Shown here: piece after piece, positions 1 to 11,396 of the stretch
Layout: every line of letters begins with the position of its first letter
Numbering within the stretch: position 1 is the first letter of the stretch
Source: an uncultured Chloroflexia bacterium
GTDB lineage: Bacteria; Chloroflexota; UBA6077; JACCZL01
NCBI GenBank assembly: GCA_963765765.1
Contig: CAVXYC010000023.1
Span: forward strand, 352,001-416,000
Direction: 5' to 3'
Length of the DNA stretch: 64,000 nt
Translations under genes and position numbers: made by a program
Notes under the pieces: generated by a model
What the model saw: the letters and a program-made list of their open reading frames with translations, nothing else
What the model was told of the DNA's origin: nothing
Databases searched by the model: none

Positions 1-17
1 GTTGGGACGTTGGCGGG

Positions 18-764
18 TTAGATGCCTAGCCCGCGGTGCTCCAGAAGCTGCTTGTAGTACTTCCAGATTGGCTCAGCCTGGACTGGTCGCTCGGTCGCAA
101 CCTGGCGCTGCCGAGCCCAGAGGTGCTCCTTATCCTCGTCGCTGATGTCGCGGAGCGGCGCACGAGCAGAAACGTCCCAGCAGATCTCCGCGAGCGCTTC
201 CATCTTGATAGACCGAACGGTTGCCGCGCCGACGCTGGTCCCAACCGCTGTAATGCCGTGTCCGTACATCAAGCAGACTTGTTTATCGCCCATGATCGCC
301 ATCATGTCGTGCGCCAGGGCAGGGCGAGTCACCGTGATCGAACGCGGGTAGACGGGGATACCGTTGGCGGCGATCATTGACGATGCGGGATCGAATGCAC
401 CGAAGATCGGCTTCATCTCGATGCCTGCCAGACCACAGCGAAGGATCGCCGGTGGATGCGCATGGACTACGCACATGACTTCCGGTCGCGCCTTCAATAT
501 CTCGCCGTGGATCGGAAACTCCTGCGGAAGACTCACACCTTCACGGGTCTCGGTGGTCTTGCCGTCGAAGTCAGCGCGAATGACATCTTCGGGGCGAGTA
601 AACATCAGGCCCGTCTCGTCATAGCCACGGGCGCGAATCAGGAGCTCGTCCGTCCCTGGGATTCGAGCGCTCACGTGCCCGGTCGCTTCTTTCACCAGGC
701 CCATCATGGCCAGCACCCGGCAGGCCAGGGCCACCTCTTTCCGTAGCTCGTCAACTGCATCCAT
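18..764 (-). CDS. Class II aldolase/adducin family protein
   Basis: GHVSAR, E-x-x-IH, VVHAHP and LMYGHG metal-binding motifs; RBS GGAGG upstream. Confidence 0.88.
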   Translation of the reverse strand: MDAVDELRKEVALACRVLAMMGLVKEATGHVSARIPGTDELLIRARGYDETGLMFTRPEDVIRADFDGKTTETREGVSLPQEFPIHGEILKARPEVMCVVHAHPPAILRCGLAGIEMKPIFGAFDPASSMIAANGIPVYPRSITVTRPALAHDMMAIMGDKQVCLMYGHGITAVGTSVGAATVRSIKMEALAEICWDVSARAPLRDISDEDKEHLWARQRQVATERPVQAEPIWKYYKQLLEHRGLGI

Positions 765-1112
765 TTGTGCACTCCTCCATATGGTCCGCAGTGTAGCCGG
801 GCTGCTCCTGGGTGACTAGGAGCAGATTTAAATGAGCTCCGGTGGCAATCCTCGCCAAATTCACAACGGCTTTCCTACTTGAAGCCCAAACAATTAGCCG
901 AATTCTTGTGCGCTGCGGTCAAACGCAGTGCTATATAGTCAGGCTCCGTTTCAAACGTGACGGAATTGTGATGGACCAAGCCGATACGCATGGAGCGCGT
1001 GGACGGAGTCGAAGCTATCTCGTTGTTCCAGCAGGCCTGCCGCACAGCCCATCTGTCATTCGGAGAATGGTCTGATCCTGCAAGCACTTGCGCCATGGGC
1101 AGACAGGCGCCC

Positions 1113-2415
1113 ATGATTCCAGCCGATACATCAGCTATGCCGCACTTCTCAGTTCAGCCTGTCGAGCATCCTATTGATGCGACTGTCGAGCTACCGGGCT
1201 CCAAGAGCTTGACCAATCGCGCTTTGCTTATTGCCGCTCTTGCTCAGGGCAACTCGACGATTCGACGGGCGTTGTTCTCCGATGACACCCATGCGATGCA
1301 TGGTGCGCTCAGCGCGCTCGGGATCTCGGTCGATGCCGACCAACACTCTCAGACGTACGTCGTGCGCGGTGAGGGCGGACGTATTCCGGCATCGGAGGGA
1401 ACGCTCTTCGTAGGAAATGCCGGCACGGCGGCCAGGTTTCTGACGGCGGCGGTTGCGCTTGGCCGCGGTCGGTACGTTGTGGATGGCGTTCCGCGAATGC
1501 GCCAGCGTCCTATCCAGCCGCTCATCGATGGCTTGCAGCAGCTTGGAGTCGATGTCCAGAGCGGAATTCGATAATGGCTGCCCCCCAGTGATCGTACAAG
1601 CACAGGGCATCCCGGGCGGAACAGCCCATGTGCGAGGCGACATCTCCAGTCAGTACTTCAGTGCGCTGATGCAGGCCGCGCCCTACGCCGCATCTGATGT
1701 GGACGTGAGGGTGGACGGCAAGCTGGTGTCCGTTCCGTACATGGAGATGACGGCCGGAATCATGGCCGAGTTTGGCGTGCACGTGGACGTTCAGGGCGAG
1801 ACAGGCTTCCACGTACCCGCTGGACAGCGGTACGAGTCACGCGAATACGTCGTGGAGCCAGATGCATCCGGAGCCTCGTACTTCTTTGCCGCCGCGGCGG
1901 TGACTGGCGGTCACGTGCGCGTGCCATACCTGGGCCCACGGTCGCCCCAGGGTGACCTGGGACTTCTGGAAGTCCTGGAGCGGATGGGCTGTCGCGTCCA
2001 CCGCGAGGACGATGCGGTGGAATTGTGGGGCCCCGAGGTGCTCAACGGGGTGGATGCGGATTTTGAGCGAATGGGCGACGTCTTCAGCACCCTAGCGGCG
2101 ATCGCCCCATTCGCATCTGAGCCCGTCCGGATCACTGGAATTGCTCAGACCCACCACGAAGAATCTGATCGCCCTGTGGCGGTGGCCACGGAGCTTCGGC
2201 GAATGGGGATCACCGTTGAGGATCACTGGGACTCGCTGGTCATCTACCCGGGCTCGCCACGTGCTGCCGAGATCCACACGTACGATGACCATCGCATCGC
2301 CATGAGCTTCGCGATCACCGGTCTCAAGGCGACGGGCATCACGATTCTCGACCCCGGGTGCGTTGCGAAGACCTTCCCGGACTACTTCGAGGTTCTCACC
2401 TCAGCCACAGTCTGA
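1113..2415 (+). CDS. aroA: 3-phosphoshikimate 1-carboxyvinyltransferase (EPSP synthase), one frameshift near 1560
   Basis: LPGSKSLTNRAL, GNAGTAARFL, SSQYFSAL, DHRIAMSF and CVAKTFPDYF motifs split over ORFs 990..1574 and 1453..2415. Confidence 0.95.
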
Positions 2416-2476
2416 TCTCCACGACCTGTGTTCCCGGGGAAGACGCCCGCGCCTAGATCCGAGCGCAAGTTTTTAT

Positions 2477-2505
2477 TTGACCGGCTGGCGGCGGCGCGCT
2501 ACGAT
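2477..2505 (+). promoter_or_regulatory. Sigma70-type promoter for ABC transporter operon
   Basis: TTGACC-17 nt-TACGAT about 60 nt upstream of ATG 2568. Confidence 0.6.
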
Positions 2506-2567
2506 CGTTCCCGGCTTCACCAGTGCCGTTTGCCAACGGTGCATACAGCTCTGGGAGCCTCTGATCC

Positions 2568-3514
2568 ATGGCTCAGTACATCTTGCGCCGCCTCGTTCTG
2601 ATCGTGCCGACGTTCCTGGTGGTGTCGGTGCTCGTCTTTGCCATGCTCCGACTTATCCCTGGCGATGTGATCGACATCATGTCGCAGGGTGACCCCAATC
2701 GAGCGACGGCGGACGCGCTCCGCGTGGAGCTTGGGTTGGACAGACCTGCGCCGTATCAGTACTTGGTGTGGCTTTCCAACATTCTGCAGGGTGATCTCGG
2801 ACACTCTCTATACACGAAGAAGCCGGTCACCGATGAGCTCGCCTGGCGCGTTCCAGTGACGCTGGAGATGGCGTTCCTCGCGCTCACCATCGCGCTGCTC
2901 ATCGCGGCGCCCATCGCAGTGGTCAGCGCTGTGCAGGCAGGACAAGGCCGCGGATTACGCGCTGCGGACCGTCGCCATCGGGGCTGTGGCGGTCCCGTCT
3001 TTCTGGATCGCCACGCTGTGCCATCACCATCCCGTCCATCCTGTGGGGATGGGCGCCGCCGCTGAAGTTTATCCCGATTGATGAGGACACGCTGGAGCAC
3101 TTCGGTGGATTGCTACTGCCTGCACTGATCCTGAGCCTCTCGCTCATGGGGCGTATCGTGCGTCTCCTTCGCGCCATGCTGCTGGAAGTCCTGCACGAAG
3201 ACTATGTGCGCACGGCCTGGGCAAAAGGCTTGCGCGATACCGTGGTGCTCCGACGTCACGCGATCCGCAACGCACTCATCCCGGTTATCACGGTAATCGG
3301 ACTGGAAATCCCACTACTACTGGGCGGTACGGTGGTCATTGAGGAGATCTTCAATCTGCCTGGCATGGGGAGATTCATCCTTCAATCGCTACAGAAGCGT
3401 GACTACGTTCCCGCCCAGTCAGTCATCCTTTTGTTTGCCTGCGCGACGATGCTGATCAATCTGTTGACAGATGCGCTGTACAGCGCGCTCGATCCGCGTA
3501 TTCGCTATAGCTGA
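2568..3514 (+). CDS. Peptide/nickel ABC transporter permease (DppB/OppB-like), frameshifted
   Basis: YILRRL..IPGD N-terminus, EDYVRTAWAKGL EAA motif, LDPRIRY end. Confidence 0.9.
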
Positions 3515-3521
3515 CCGTTCC

Positions 3522-4440
3522 ATGTCAATCAGCATTGCCCAACCGCTCGCGATCCCCGGCCGGAAGGTTCGGACCCCGCGCCCCTGGCCCATCCAGCTTG
3601 TGGTCCAGCTTGCCACGAGAAAGCCGCTGGGATTTTTCGGGTTTGTCATTGTCGTCGTCAGCCTGCTCTTGGCTGTCTTCGCCGACGTCATTGCGCCGTA
3701 CGGATTTGACGAGCCGGACTTCGGCGCTACCCTCCAGGCCCCAAGCGCGGCCCACATCATGGGCACCGATTTTCTGGGGCGCGACCTGTTTAGCCGCCTG
3801 GTCCACGGTGCGCGCGTTTCGGTCTTCGTCATCGTTGGCGCCGTTGGGCTGGGCACGATGCTCTCCACGGCGCTAGGCGTAGTCTCCGGCTACTTCGGTG
3901 GCCGGGTCGACGCAGTTGTTCAGCGGTTTGTGGATGCGTGGATGAGCATCCCGCCGGTCCTGTTTTTTCTATTCATCATGGCCATCATTGGTCCCAGCGT
4001 TCAAAACATGATTTTAGTGCTTGGACTTCTGGCCATCAGAGAGAGCCGAGTGGTGCGGGGGTCCGATCTTGAGTGTGCGCGAGCATACGTATGTGGAGGC
4101 CGCGCGCGCCGTGGGCGCAAGCCAGCTGCGCATTCTTTTGCTTTACCTGCTGCCCAACGTGATGGTGCCCATCATCATCCTCACCACACTGCGGGCGGGC
4201 GCGGTGGTGCTGCTGGAAGCCACGCTGAGCTTCCTGGGCTACGGCATTCCGCCACCCTTCCCCGCGTGGGGCCGCATGTTGAGCGCGGAGTCCCGAACGT
4301 ATATGCTCGACGCGCCGTGGCTGGCCATATGGCCAGGCGTGTTCCTGAGCCTGACGGTATTCGGTTGGAACGTGCTGGGCGATGCGCTTCGAGATCTCCT
4401 CGATCCGCGCATGCAGGGCGCGGGCGGTCGAGCCCGCTAA
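3522..4440 (+). CDS. Peptide/nickel ABC transporter permease (DppC/OppC-like), frameshift near 4060
   Basis: GTDFLGRDLFSRLVHGARVS, YVEAARAVGAS, LGDALRDLLDPR. Confidence 0.9.
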
Positions 4441-4496
4441 GTCGGAGACTTGCGAATGCCGGCGTTCGTTGCGCCGGTCAATTGGGAGGAGTAGGT

Positions 4497-6220
4497 ATGG
4501 CTGACAGTTCGCACGTGTCAGGGCTCAGGGCGGGAGTCCGGGCGCCCTTCGACGCGGTCGCCCGCAATCGGCGCATCGTTGGCGCCGCGCTGATGGCGCT
4601 CATGCTGGTGGCGTGCTCGCGTGGTGCCGCGCCAGCGCAGAAACCTTCAGACTCCGCTGCCCGGCAACATCAAGACGGGCGGAACACTCACGTTCGTTCA
4701 GCGCTCCGATCCCACGAGCTGGGACATCTGGGGCGCGCAGCGCACGATTGATCCGACTCGCTCCGCCGCTGACATGGTCTTCTCTCCGCTGATCATCCCC
4801 GTGTCCGACCCCAACGGCGGTTGCGAGATCAAGTTCGAAGGCGAGCTGGCCGAGAGCTGGAAGTACCTGGACAACAAGACCATCGAGGTTAAGCTTCGTC
4901 CAGGGCGTGAAGTGGCACAACAAGGCGCCCATCAACGGTCGCGAGCTGACGTCCGATGATGTTGTCTATAGCTTCGAGGAGCGATTCAAGCAGGGCGGTG
5001 CAGGCGCGACGTTCTATGGGCGGACGGTCTTCGACCATGCCGAAGCAGTTGACCCGCTGACGGTAAAATTGCACCTCAAGATGCCGTACGCGAATTTTTT
5101 AGAAGACCTGTACACCACTGGCTGGGCGTGGATCGTTCCGCGCGGTCATGCCGGTCCGGACGGCAAAGAGTGGCTGGAGCAGCCCGAGAAGTCATGGATC
5201 GGTACGGGCCCGTTCATGTTCAAAGAGCATCAGCCCGGGGTGAAGACCGTCTTCGAGAAGAACCCGAACTACTTTCAAGTCGGGCAAGCCGTACGTCGAC
5301 CGAGTGGAGATGCTGACCATCGCCGACGAGTCCACGAAGTTGGCACAGATGCGCGCCGGATCGCTGGACGTCTATCCCTCGGCAGGGCCGCGCTCCGCAT
5401 CGGACCTGAAGCGCACGAACAGCGAGATGACCGTCAAGTCGTGCCCGAGCCGATTTACGGAGAGCCTGAACTTCCCGATGGACCAGGGCGCCCTGGGGCG
5501 ACGTTCGGGTTCGTCAGGCCGTCTCAATGGCAATCAACCGCGAGGCGCTCGATTAAGACGGTCCTGCATAGCCAGGACGCTTTTGCGGGCATTCTCTGGC
5601 CACTCGATCCCGAGGCGCTGAAGATGGAGGACTTTCCGCCCGAGTACCGCAAGTACCTGGAGTATCGGCCCGACGAGGCAAAGGCTCTGCTGGCTCAGGC
5701 GGGCTTCCCTAATGGCTTCTCGACGAAGATCATCTTCACGCCGATCTACGGCTCGCCCTGGAACGAGCTTTCCGAAGCTATCGTGACGATGCTTCGCGGC
5801 GTGGGGATCCAGGCCGACATGGAGCTGATGGAGTACGGCGCCTACATTCGTCAGATGGTAGTCAACGGCGAATTCGACGCGCCCGTCATGCGCTACGCGA
5901 ATCGCTTCTCGATCAGCGACATGGCGGGCGATAATCTTGTGGAGCAAGCACCCGGGCCGTGGATACCACGCGTCTTAAGAAGGTGCCCGACGCAAAGTTC
6001 GACGCGATGATCGAGGAGTATTGGGGCACGTTTGACGCGGCCAAGCGCAAGGATCAGGCGAAAGCTGATCCAGTACCACCTGGCTGAGAACGTTCCGCAA
6101 TTCTTCAATCCCACCTGGGGCAATGCGCTCATCGCTCAGCCATGGGTCAAGAACATCGCCTGGCGCGGCAACGAGAAGTTCTTCACCAACATCATCGATC
6201 AGGCGTGGATCGACAAATAA
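4497..6220 (+). CDS. ABC transporter substrate-binding lipoprotein, family 5, multiply frameshifted
   Basis: Lipobox LVAC, ELAESW, KWHNKAPINGRELTSDDVVYSF, IGTGPF, AKALLAQAG across successive ORFs. Confidence 0.85.
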
Positions 6221-6254
6221 GCGTCAGCTTCGAGTAATCGCTCGAGCGACATAT

Positions 6255-6288
6255 GCCCCTGGCTGGTGGTTCCGGCCAGGGGCGTTTT
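6255..6288 (+). terminator. Intrinsic terminator
   Basis: GCCCCTGGC/GCCAGGGGC stem followed by GTTTT, after the SBP stop and before the convergent gene. Confidence 0.6.
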
Positions 6289-6436
6289 CGTCCGAGAATC
6301 TACGTACCCTCTTGCAGTGGTGCGGTACGGACCCTTGTGGCCTGTGCCTGGGATTCACGGTCACGATCACGTTCCGTTCCGTCGAAGATGCGCCCCAGGC
6401 ACAGGCCACAAGGGCCGTGCTACGGGTTGATCTTCT

Positions 6437-8794
6437 CTACGCCCGAGCTTGGCGACGCCAGAGCGCGGCCAGAATCAACCAGCCGACGGCTGCCACGGCG
6501 GAGATCATCCCGCCGATCCAGAAGCTCCGCGGTACGTAGCGTAGCTCCAGAGTGTGAGTCCCCGCCGGCATCTCCGCGGCGGAGAACGCCACGTTCGCTC
6601 GATAGAGCGGGATTTCAACGCCGTCGAGCCAACCTTTACGCTCCGGATAGTAGGGTTCGCTCAGGAACAGAATCCCTCCCTGAGGCGACACGACGTTCGC
6701 GACAAGCTCCCCGTCGGCGCGATCTTTGATGGGTATATCCACCGTGGATCCCTGGCGGCAGTTGCTGACGTCCTTAAGCGATTCAGATAGTTCGCGCTGT
6801 CCTTCGGTTTGGACAATTGTCCGCTCGCGCAGATCGAGCGATGTGTCGCGGACACGATCGATGGCGGCGTCTCGGTCACGGACCTCCTCGAATCCGCACG
6901 TCAATATGGCCCGCGGTTCAGCGTTGACATTGCGGTACAGCACGTCGCGATTCCGCCGTTGGACTTCAATGAAACCACTGACCCGAAGTGGGTTACAGGC
7001 CAGCACGTGCGTCACGTTCATCAGATTGAGCAGGTCCATGCGTTCGGGGATGCGACCAGGCTGGCTCGTGTCAACCGCGATACTGCGCACCTGCTTCGTG
7101 CCAATTGGAATGTGGTTTAGCATCGTCAAATACGTGAACGCGGAGTAGGACTGTAAGAAGACCGAGTTGTAGCCGTTCACGGTTGGCGTGGAGAGTTGCG
7201 CCATGTCATTGGGCTGAAGCACTCCGTCACAGTTGGTGACAACCCGATCGATTTGCTCGCGATTGAATAAAGTGTCGATCTGACGTAGGTCGGGGACCCG
7301 TTGACCCTGAATGAATGGACGGGCGTATTGTGAGAGCTCAGTGAGCAGGAACAGGCTGAGCAGGGTACTCGTGAGCATTGGAGCCCGCCACCGGCCGGGG
7401 AGCACGATGAGCGCTGCAATGCCCGCAATCTGAATCGGCAGCAACCATATTCCGGCGCCGAGGACCTCACTTACGGGCGCGTTGGAATCAAGATGGAGCA
7501 TCCAGATGAGAACGCCGAAGACGATGGTCTCCGAGGCGAGGAGGCCCAGGATCAGCGGTCTCGAGAATTGACGCGTCTGCATAAGCGCGTTGAGTCCCAG
7601 CGCGCCAAGGACGACCACTCCGAGCGAGAAAAGCGGCAAGATACGCGAGGCGTGGCGCAATCCGGGCAGTACCAGGTAATGGAGATAGAAAAATGGCGCA
7701 TTGCGGCCGAATGAGAAGGCCAGCGCCGCCAATGCAAGAACGCCGAAAAAGACGGCGTATCGTCGGCGCTCGCCGGCAAGGATGAAACCGATCGGCGCCA
7801 GAAGAACAAGCAGCGCGCCGCTATACGCCGACCGCTCCCAATGGGAACCCCGCACGTCATCGTTGGGCTCCGCCCGAATGGAATTCATCGATTCCGGAGC
7901 AACCAGCGTGACGAGGTGGAAGGCGTCCCAGGAATTGCGCGCCGCGGAATCGTAACTGAGCCCGGCGGTGCGACCCAGCTCCTTAACCAAACCGATCGTC
8001 GGGAGCAGCATGAATGCTGCGAGTCCACTAAGAAGCACCAGGGTCATGACCCATTGGTTCGCGGCTCGCCAGTTCAGTCGGTCGACGCTCCAGCTACGCG
8101 CGGAGGCCCACCAGGCATACACGTAAAACGCCCCTACCGCGGCATAGACGTAGATCGTGGTCTGCAGATGGCCGGTGAGAAATTGGATCGTGAGAACCGC
8201 TGGAAGGGCGGGGTGAGGAATCCAGGTTCGTCGCCGCACAGACACGATGGCCAGCGCGAGCGCCACAGGGAGCCAGGCCCAGCCATAAATGAGCATTATG
8301 TGACCCGCGTGAACTCGCGGCGCATAGGTTCCGCCCAACGCGAAACCGGCCCCTGCGATGAACGCGGGCAGCCAGCCTGTCCCAATCACTCGACACAGCG
8401 CCATGACGCCAGCTCCGGCGATCCAGACGTGAAGGACCATGCCCCACGTGAAGAACGATTGGATGGGCAGGAGCCGCAACGGAAGGTTGAGGGGATAAAA
8501 AAGCTGGGTTTGGATGTCGGCCGCGGCTGGCAATCCGCTCAGGAGATACGGATTCCACCACGGAATGCTTCCCTCGGCCAGCGCGAGTCGGTTGAAGGAT
8601 TCCCAGTTGAACGACTGGGTCATGTCATGCCCGTCCACGGTTCTTCCGGGACGCATGACCAGCTCTGAGAAAGCGAAAAGAACCAGAGCGGCCAGGGCCA
8701 CGTGAGCGAGTACTGGTGGTATGAACGCGAGAAAGCGCGCCGCGGGCATTGCTACCTGGCGAGGCGCGCTCATCGTCGTGGTTGCGCTAGTCAT
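6437..8794 (-). CDS. YfhO-family (GT-C fold) membrane glycosyltransferase
   Basis: PWWNPYLLSGLP..Q.FYPL N-terminus, many TM segments, C-terminal LSEPYYP..RANVAFSA..PAGTH..Y.P. Confidence 0.85.
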   Translation of the reverse strand: MTSATTTMSAPRQVAMPAARFLAFIPPVLAHVALAALVLFAFSELVMRPGRTVDGHDMTQSFNWESFNRLALAEGSIPWWNPYLLSGLPAAADIQTQLFYPLNLPLRLLPIQSFFTWGMVLHVWIAGAGVMALCRVIGTGWLPAFIAGAGFALGGTYAPRVHAGHIMLIYGWAWLPVALALAIVSVRRRTWIPHPALPAVLTIQFLTGHLQTTIYVYAAVGAFYVYAWWASARSWSVDRLNWRAANQWVMTLVLLSGLAAFMLLPTIGLVKELGRTAGLSYDSAARNSWDAFHLVTLVAPESMNSIRAEPNDDVRGSHWERSAYSGALLVLLAPIGFILAGERRRYAVFFGVLALAALAFSFGRNAPFFYLHYLVLPGLRHASRILPLFSLGVVVLGALGLNALMQTRQFSRPLILGLLASETIVFGVLIWMLHLDSNAPVSEVLGAGIWLLPIQIAGIAALIVLPGRWRAPMLTSTLLSLFLLTELSQYARPFIQGQRVPDLRQIDTLFNREQIDRVVTNCDGVLQPNDMAQLSTPTVNGYNSVFLQSYSAFTYLTMLNHIPIGTKQVRSIAVDTSQPGRIPERMDLLNLMNVTHVLACNPLRVSGFIEVQRRNRDVLYRNVNAEPRAILTCGFEEVRDRDAAIDRVRDTSLDLRERTIVQTEGQRELSESLKDVSNCRQGSTVDIPIKDRADGELVANVVSPQGGILFLSEPYYPERKGWLDGVEIPLYRANVAFSAAEMPAGTHTLELRYVPRSFWIGGMISAVAAVGWLILAALWRRQARA

Positions 8795-8833
8795 AGATTC
8801 GTGAACGGAGTCTGGATCAAGGGCCCTCGCCCA

Positions 8834-9270
8834 CTATAGCGAGACGAGCTCCTTCAATTTTGGCTTAATGCTCTCCGACATGGCGAAATAGTCGATCACG
8901 ATCCGAGTCAGCTTGGGACCGTTGAGCGGCTGGAGTCCAGCTTGAGCTGCGTGGCGTCTGCCAGAAACTCAGGATCCTGAATCGTCTTGACGAAGGCCGT
9001 TTGCAGGGCCGCGACGCGATCCTTGGGTACTTCAGGTGCCGCCACGTACGGTCGCGCAATGGTGTGCGTGTCAAGCGAACGGTAGCGAATAATCTGCCGA
9101 CTTTTTCAGTTTTGGCGTAGTCCCAGATGCATGGCACGCGATATGGCAGGTCCTTGCCCTGCTCTTGCGGGAAGATCATGAAGATGACGTGCTCGCCGTT
9201 GGCGATCTGCGCAGGGTGGATGACCTTCACCGAGTCCCAGCTCGTGAGGAAGCCATCGACAAGCGAGCGC
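8834..9270 (-). pseudogene. 5'-truncated remnant of a tripartite tricarboxylate transporter substrate-binding protein (TctC/Bug-like)
   Basis: Manual translation gives IARPYVAAPEVPKDRVAALQTAFVKTIQDPEFLADATQLKLD..PLNG..KLKELVSL*; no N-terminal half, frameshifts. Confidence 0.7.
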
Positions 9271-9512
9271 TGAGCAAACCGCCAGAAGTCTAGAGGATGA
9301 GCCGATCTGGGCGTCAATGGGGTGACATCGCGGCGCACCCATCTAGCGCACTTTACGGCTGGTTGGAATCCTCCCGAGGGTCTACCATTACATCATCCCC
9401 ACTTTTTTCTCCTTCACGGCCAGGACTTCATGCTCGCCTGCTCCCAATCTCGCGTTCGCCTTCTGGCGCGGGCGCGGCTCTCCCTGAACCCCGCACTATT
9501 CGGAGCGTCGTC

Positions 9513-10517
9513 GTGACCGACGTGGTGACCGTCGAGGGTGTGGTCAAGACTTACCGCGCCCGCGGACATACGGTGCGGGCGCTGGACGGTTTAGACCTCG
9601 ACGTTAAGGAGGGTACGGTGCTGGCACTCCTCGGGCCGAATGGCGCGGGCAAGACCACTACGGTCCGAATTCTCGCCACGCTACTCAAGCCGGATGCGGG
9701 CCGAGCAACCGTGGCGGGCTTCGATGTGGTGCGTGAAGCTCAGCGGGTCCGTTCCGTCATCGGTCTTTCGGGTCAATACGCGGCCGTGGACGAGAACCTC
9801 ACCGGTCGCGAGAATCTGGAGATGTTCGCGCGGCTCTATCGATTCTCGGCTGCCGAGTCACGACTGCGCGCGGGTGAGCTGCTGGAGCAGTTCTCACTGG
9901 TAGAAGCCGCGGGACGGACGGTCAAGACATACTCAGGGGGCATGCGGCGGCGGCTGGATCTTGCCGGAGCGTTGATTGCTCGCCCGCGCCTTCTCTTCCT
10001 GGATGAGCCCACAACTGGTCTCGATCCGCGCAGTCGCCTCGGCATGTGGGACGTGATCCGTGATCGTGTGCGCCAGGGCGCTACCTTACTGCTGACAACC
10101 CAATATCTCGAAGAAGCGGATGAGCTGGCGGATAGCATCGCGGTGGTTGATAGTGGCAAGATCGTCGCTCGAGGCACAGCGGATGAGTTGAAGTCAGCCG
10201 TTGGCGGCGAGCGCATCGAAGTGATCGTGCGCAACCGCGCGGACCTGGCGCGTGCCATCGAGGTGCTGTCTCGTGATTGCGAAGGTGACTGCGCGGTGGA
10301 CGAGCACACCCGGAAGGTCACAGTTCCGGCGCATGGCGGTGCTCAGCGACTCGTCCAGGTTGTGCGTGATCTCGACGAGTCGCACGTCGAAATCGATGAC
10401 ATCGGCCTGCGACGGCCGACACTCGATGAGGTGTTCCTGTTCCTTACGGGTCACGCCGCGGAGGATGGTTTTGGTAACGCGGAAAACGAAACCACAGGCA
10501 CGCAGCCAAAGCAATGA
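9513..10517 (+). CDS. DrrA-like ABC exporter ATP-binding protein
   Basis: GPNGAGKTT, YSGGMRRRL, LFLDEPTTGLDP, LTTQYLEEAD. Confidence 0.92.
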   Translation: MTDVVTVEGVVKTYRARGHTVRALDGLDLDVKEGTVLALLGPNGAGKTTTVRILATLLKPDAGRATVAGFDVVREAQRVRSVIGLSGQYAAVDENLTGRENLEMFARLYRFSAAESRLRAGELLEQFSLVEAAGRTVKTYSGGMRRRLDLAGALIARPRLLFLDEPTTGLDPRSRLGMWDVIRDRVRQGATLLLTTQYLEEADELADSIAVVDSGKIVARGTADELKSAVGGERIEVIVRNRADLARAIEVLSRDCEGDCAVDEHTRKVTVPAHGGAQRLVQVVRDLDESHVEIDDIGLRRPTLDEVFLFLTGHAAEDGFGNAENETTGTQPKQ

Positions 10518-11338
10518 AGTCATTCGACGCCGAGCAGGGATCCAGCGGATTGAGCCAGGCAATATCCGACAGTCTGGTGATCACCTGGCGCAACCTCAAG
10601 CGCATCCCGCGCATTCCCGAGCTGGCGATTTTCGCGATCCTGCAGTCGATCATGTTTGTGCTGCTGTTCGCGTTCGTCTTCGGCGGGGCTATTCCGTTGC
10701 CGGGTGGCGGCTCTTACTCGGACTTCCTGATGCCTGGCATCTTTGCGCAGACCATCGCCTTTGCAGCGGCCACCACCGCCGTAGGCATGACGGACGATAT
10801 CAATAAAGGAATCATCGATCGGTTTCGCTCACTGCCGATGGCCAGGTCGGCGGTTCTCAGCGGTCGGACGGTGTCCGACGTTATCTACAACGGTGGGATT
10901 CTGATTGTGCTAATGCTCTCAGGCCTGGCCGTGGGCTGGCGGGTGCACACGGGAGTTCCCGAGTTTCTCGCTGGAGTCGGACTGCTTCTGCTGTTCACAT
11001 TTGCCATGTCATGGATCGGTGTCTGGTTCGGAACAACCGTCCCCAACGTGGAGGTGGCGCAGCAGGTCTCGTTCATCGTGATCATGCCGTTGACGTTTGT
11101 CTCGAACGTCTTTGTGCCAACTGAGACGCTGCCATCCTGGCTGCGCCCGTTTGCCGAGTGGAATCCCGTGACGGCGCTGACGGCAGCCACGCGTCAGCTC
11201 TGGGGGAACCCCAATCCGTTCGCTGGGGGTGGCTTTCCCGCGGAGCACCCGATTTTGCTCACCCTTGTCTGGGTGGTGGTCCTGATTGCGATTTTTGCGC
11301 CACTGGGCGTGCGCAAGTATCAGGGCTTGAACCGCTAG
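10514..11338 (+). CDS. DrrB-like ABC-2 type permease
   Basis: GIIDRFRSLPMARSAVL, FAEWNPVT; ATGA overlap with ATPase. Confidence 0.9.
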   Translation: MKSFDAEQGSSGLSQAISDSLVITWRNLKRIPRIPELAIFAILQSIMFVLLFAFVFGGAIPLPGGGSYSDFLMPGIFAQTIAFAAATTAVGMTDDINKGIIDRFRSLPMARSAVLSGRTVSDVIYNGGILIVLMLSGLAVGWRVHTGVPEFLAGVGLLLLFTFAMSWIGVWFGTTVPNVEVAQQVSFIVIMPLTFVSNVFVPTETLPSWLRPFAEWNPVTALTAATRQLWGNPNPFAGGGFPAEHPILLTLVWVVVLIAIFAPLGVRKYQGLNR

Positions 11339-11393
11339 GACGATTCCCCATGGGACGTATGGGTCCCATTTGTCCCATCAGTCCTGGAGTCCT
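11338..11393. repeat. GGGAC/GTCCC periodic palindromic intergenic repeat
   Basis: ATGGGAC..GTCCCAT..GTCCCAT..GTCC between convergent stops; similar units at 42741-42816. Confidence 0.5.
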
Positions 11394-11396
11394 CAG

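Noticed and set aside
7841-8668. Long antisense ORFs (also 17118..17816, 19999..20772, 31859..32563)
   Set aside because: Shadows of well-supported opposite-strand genes in GC-rich DNA
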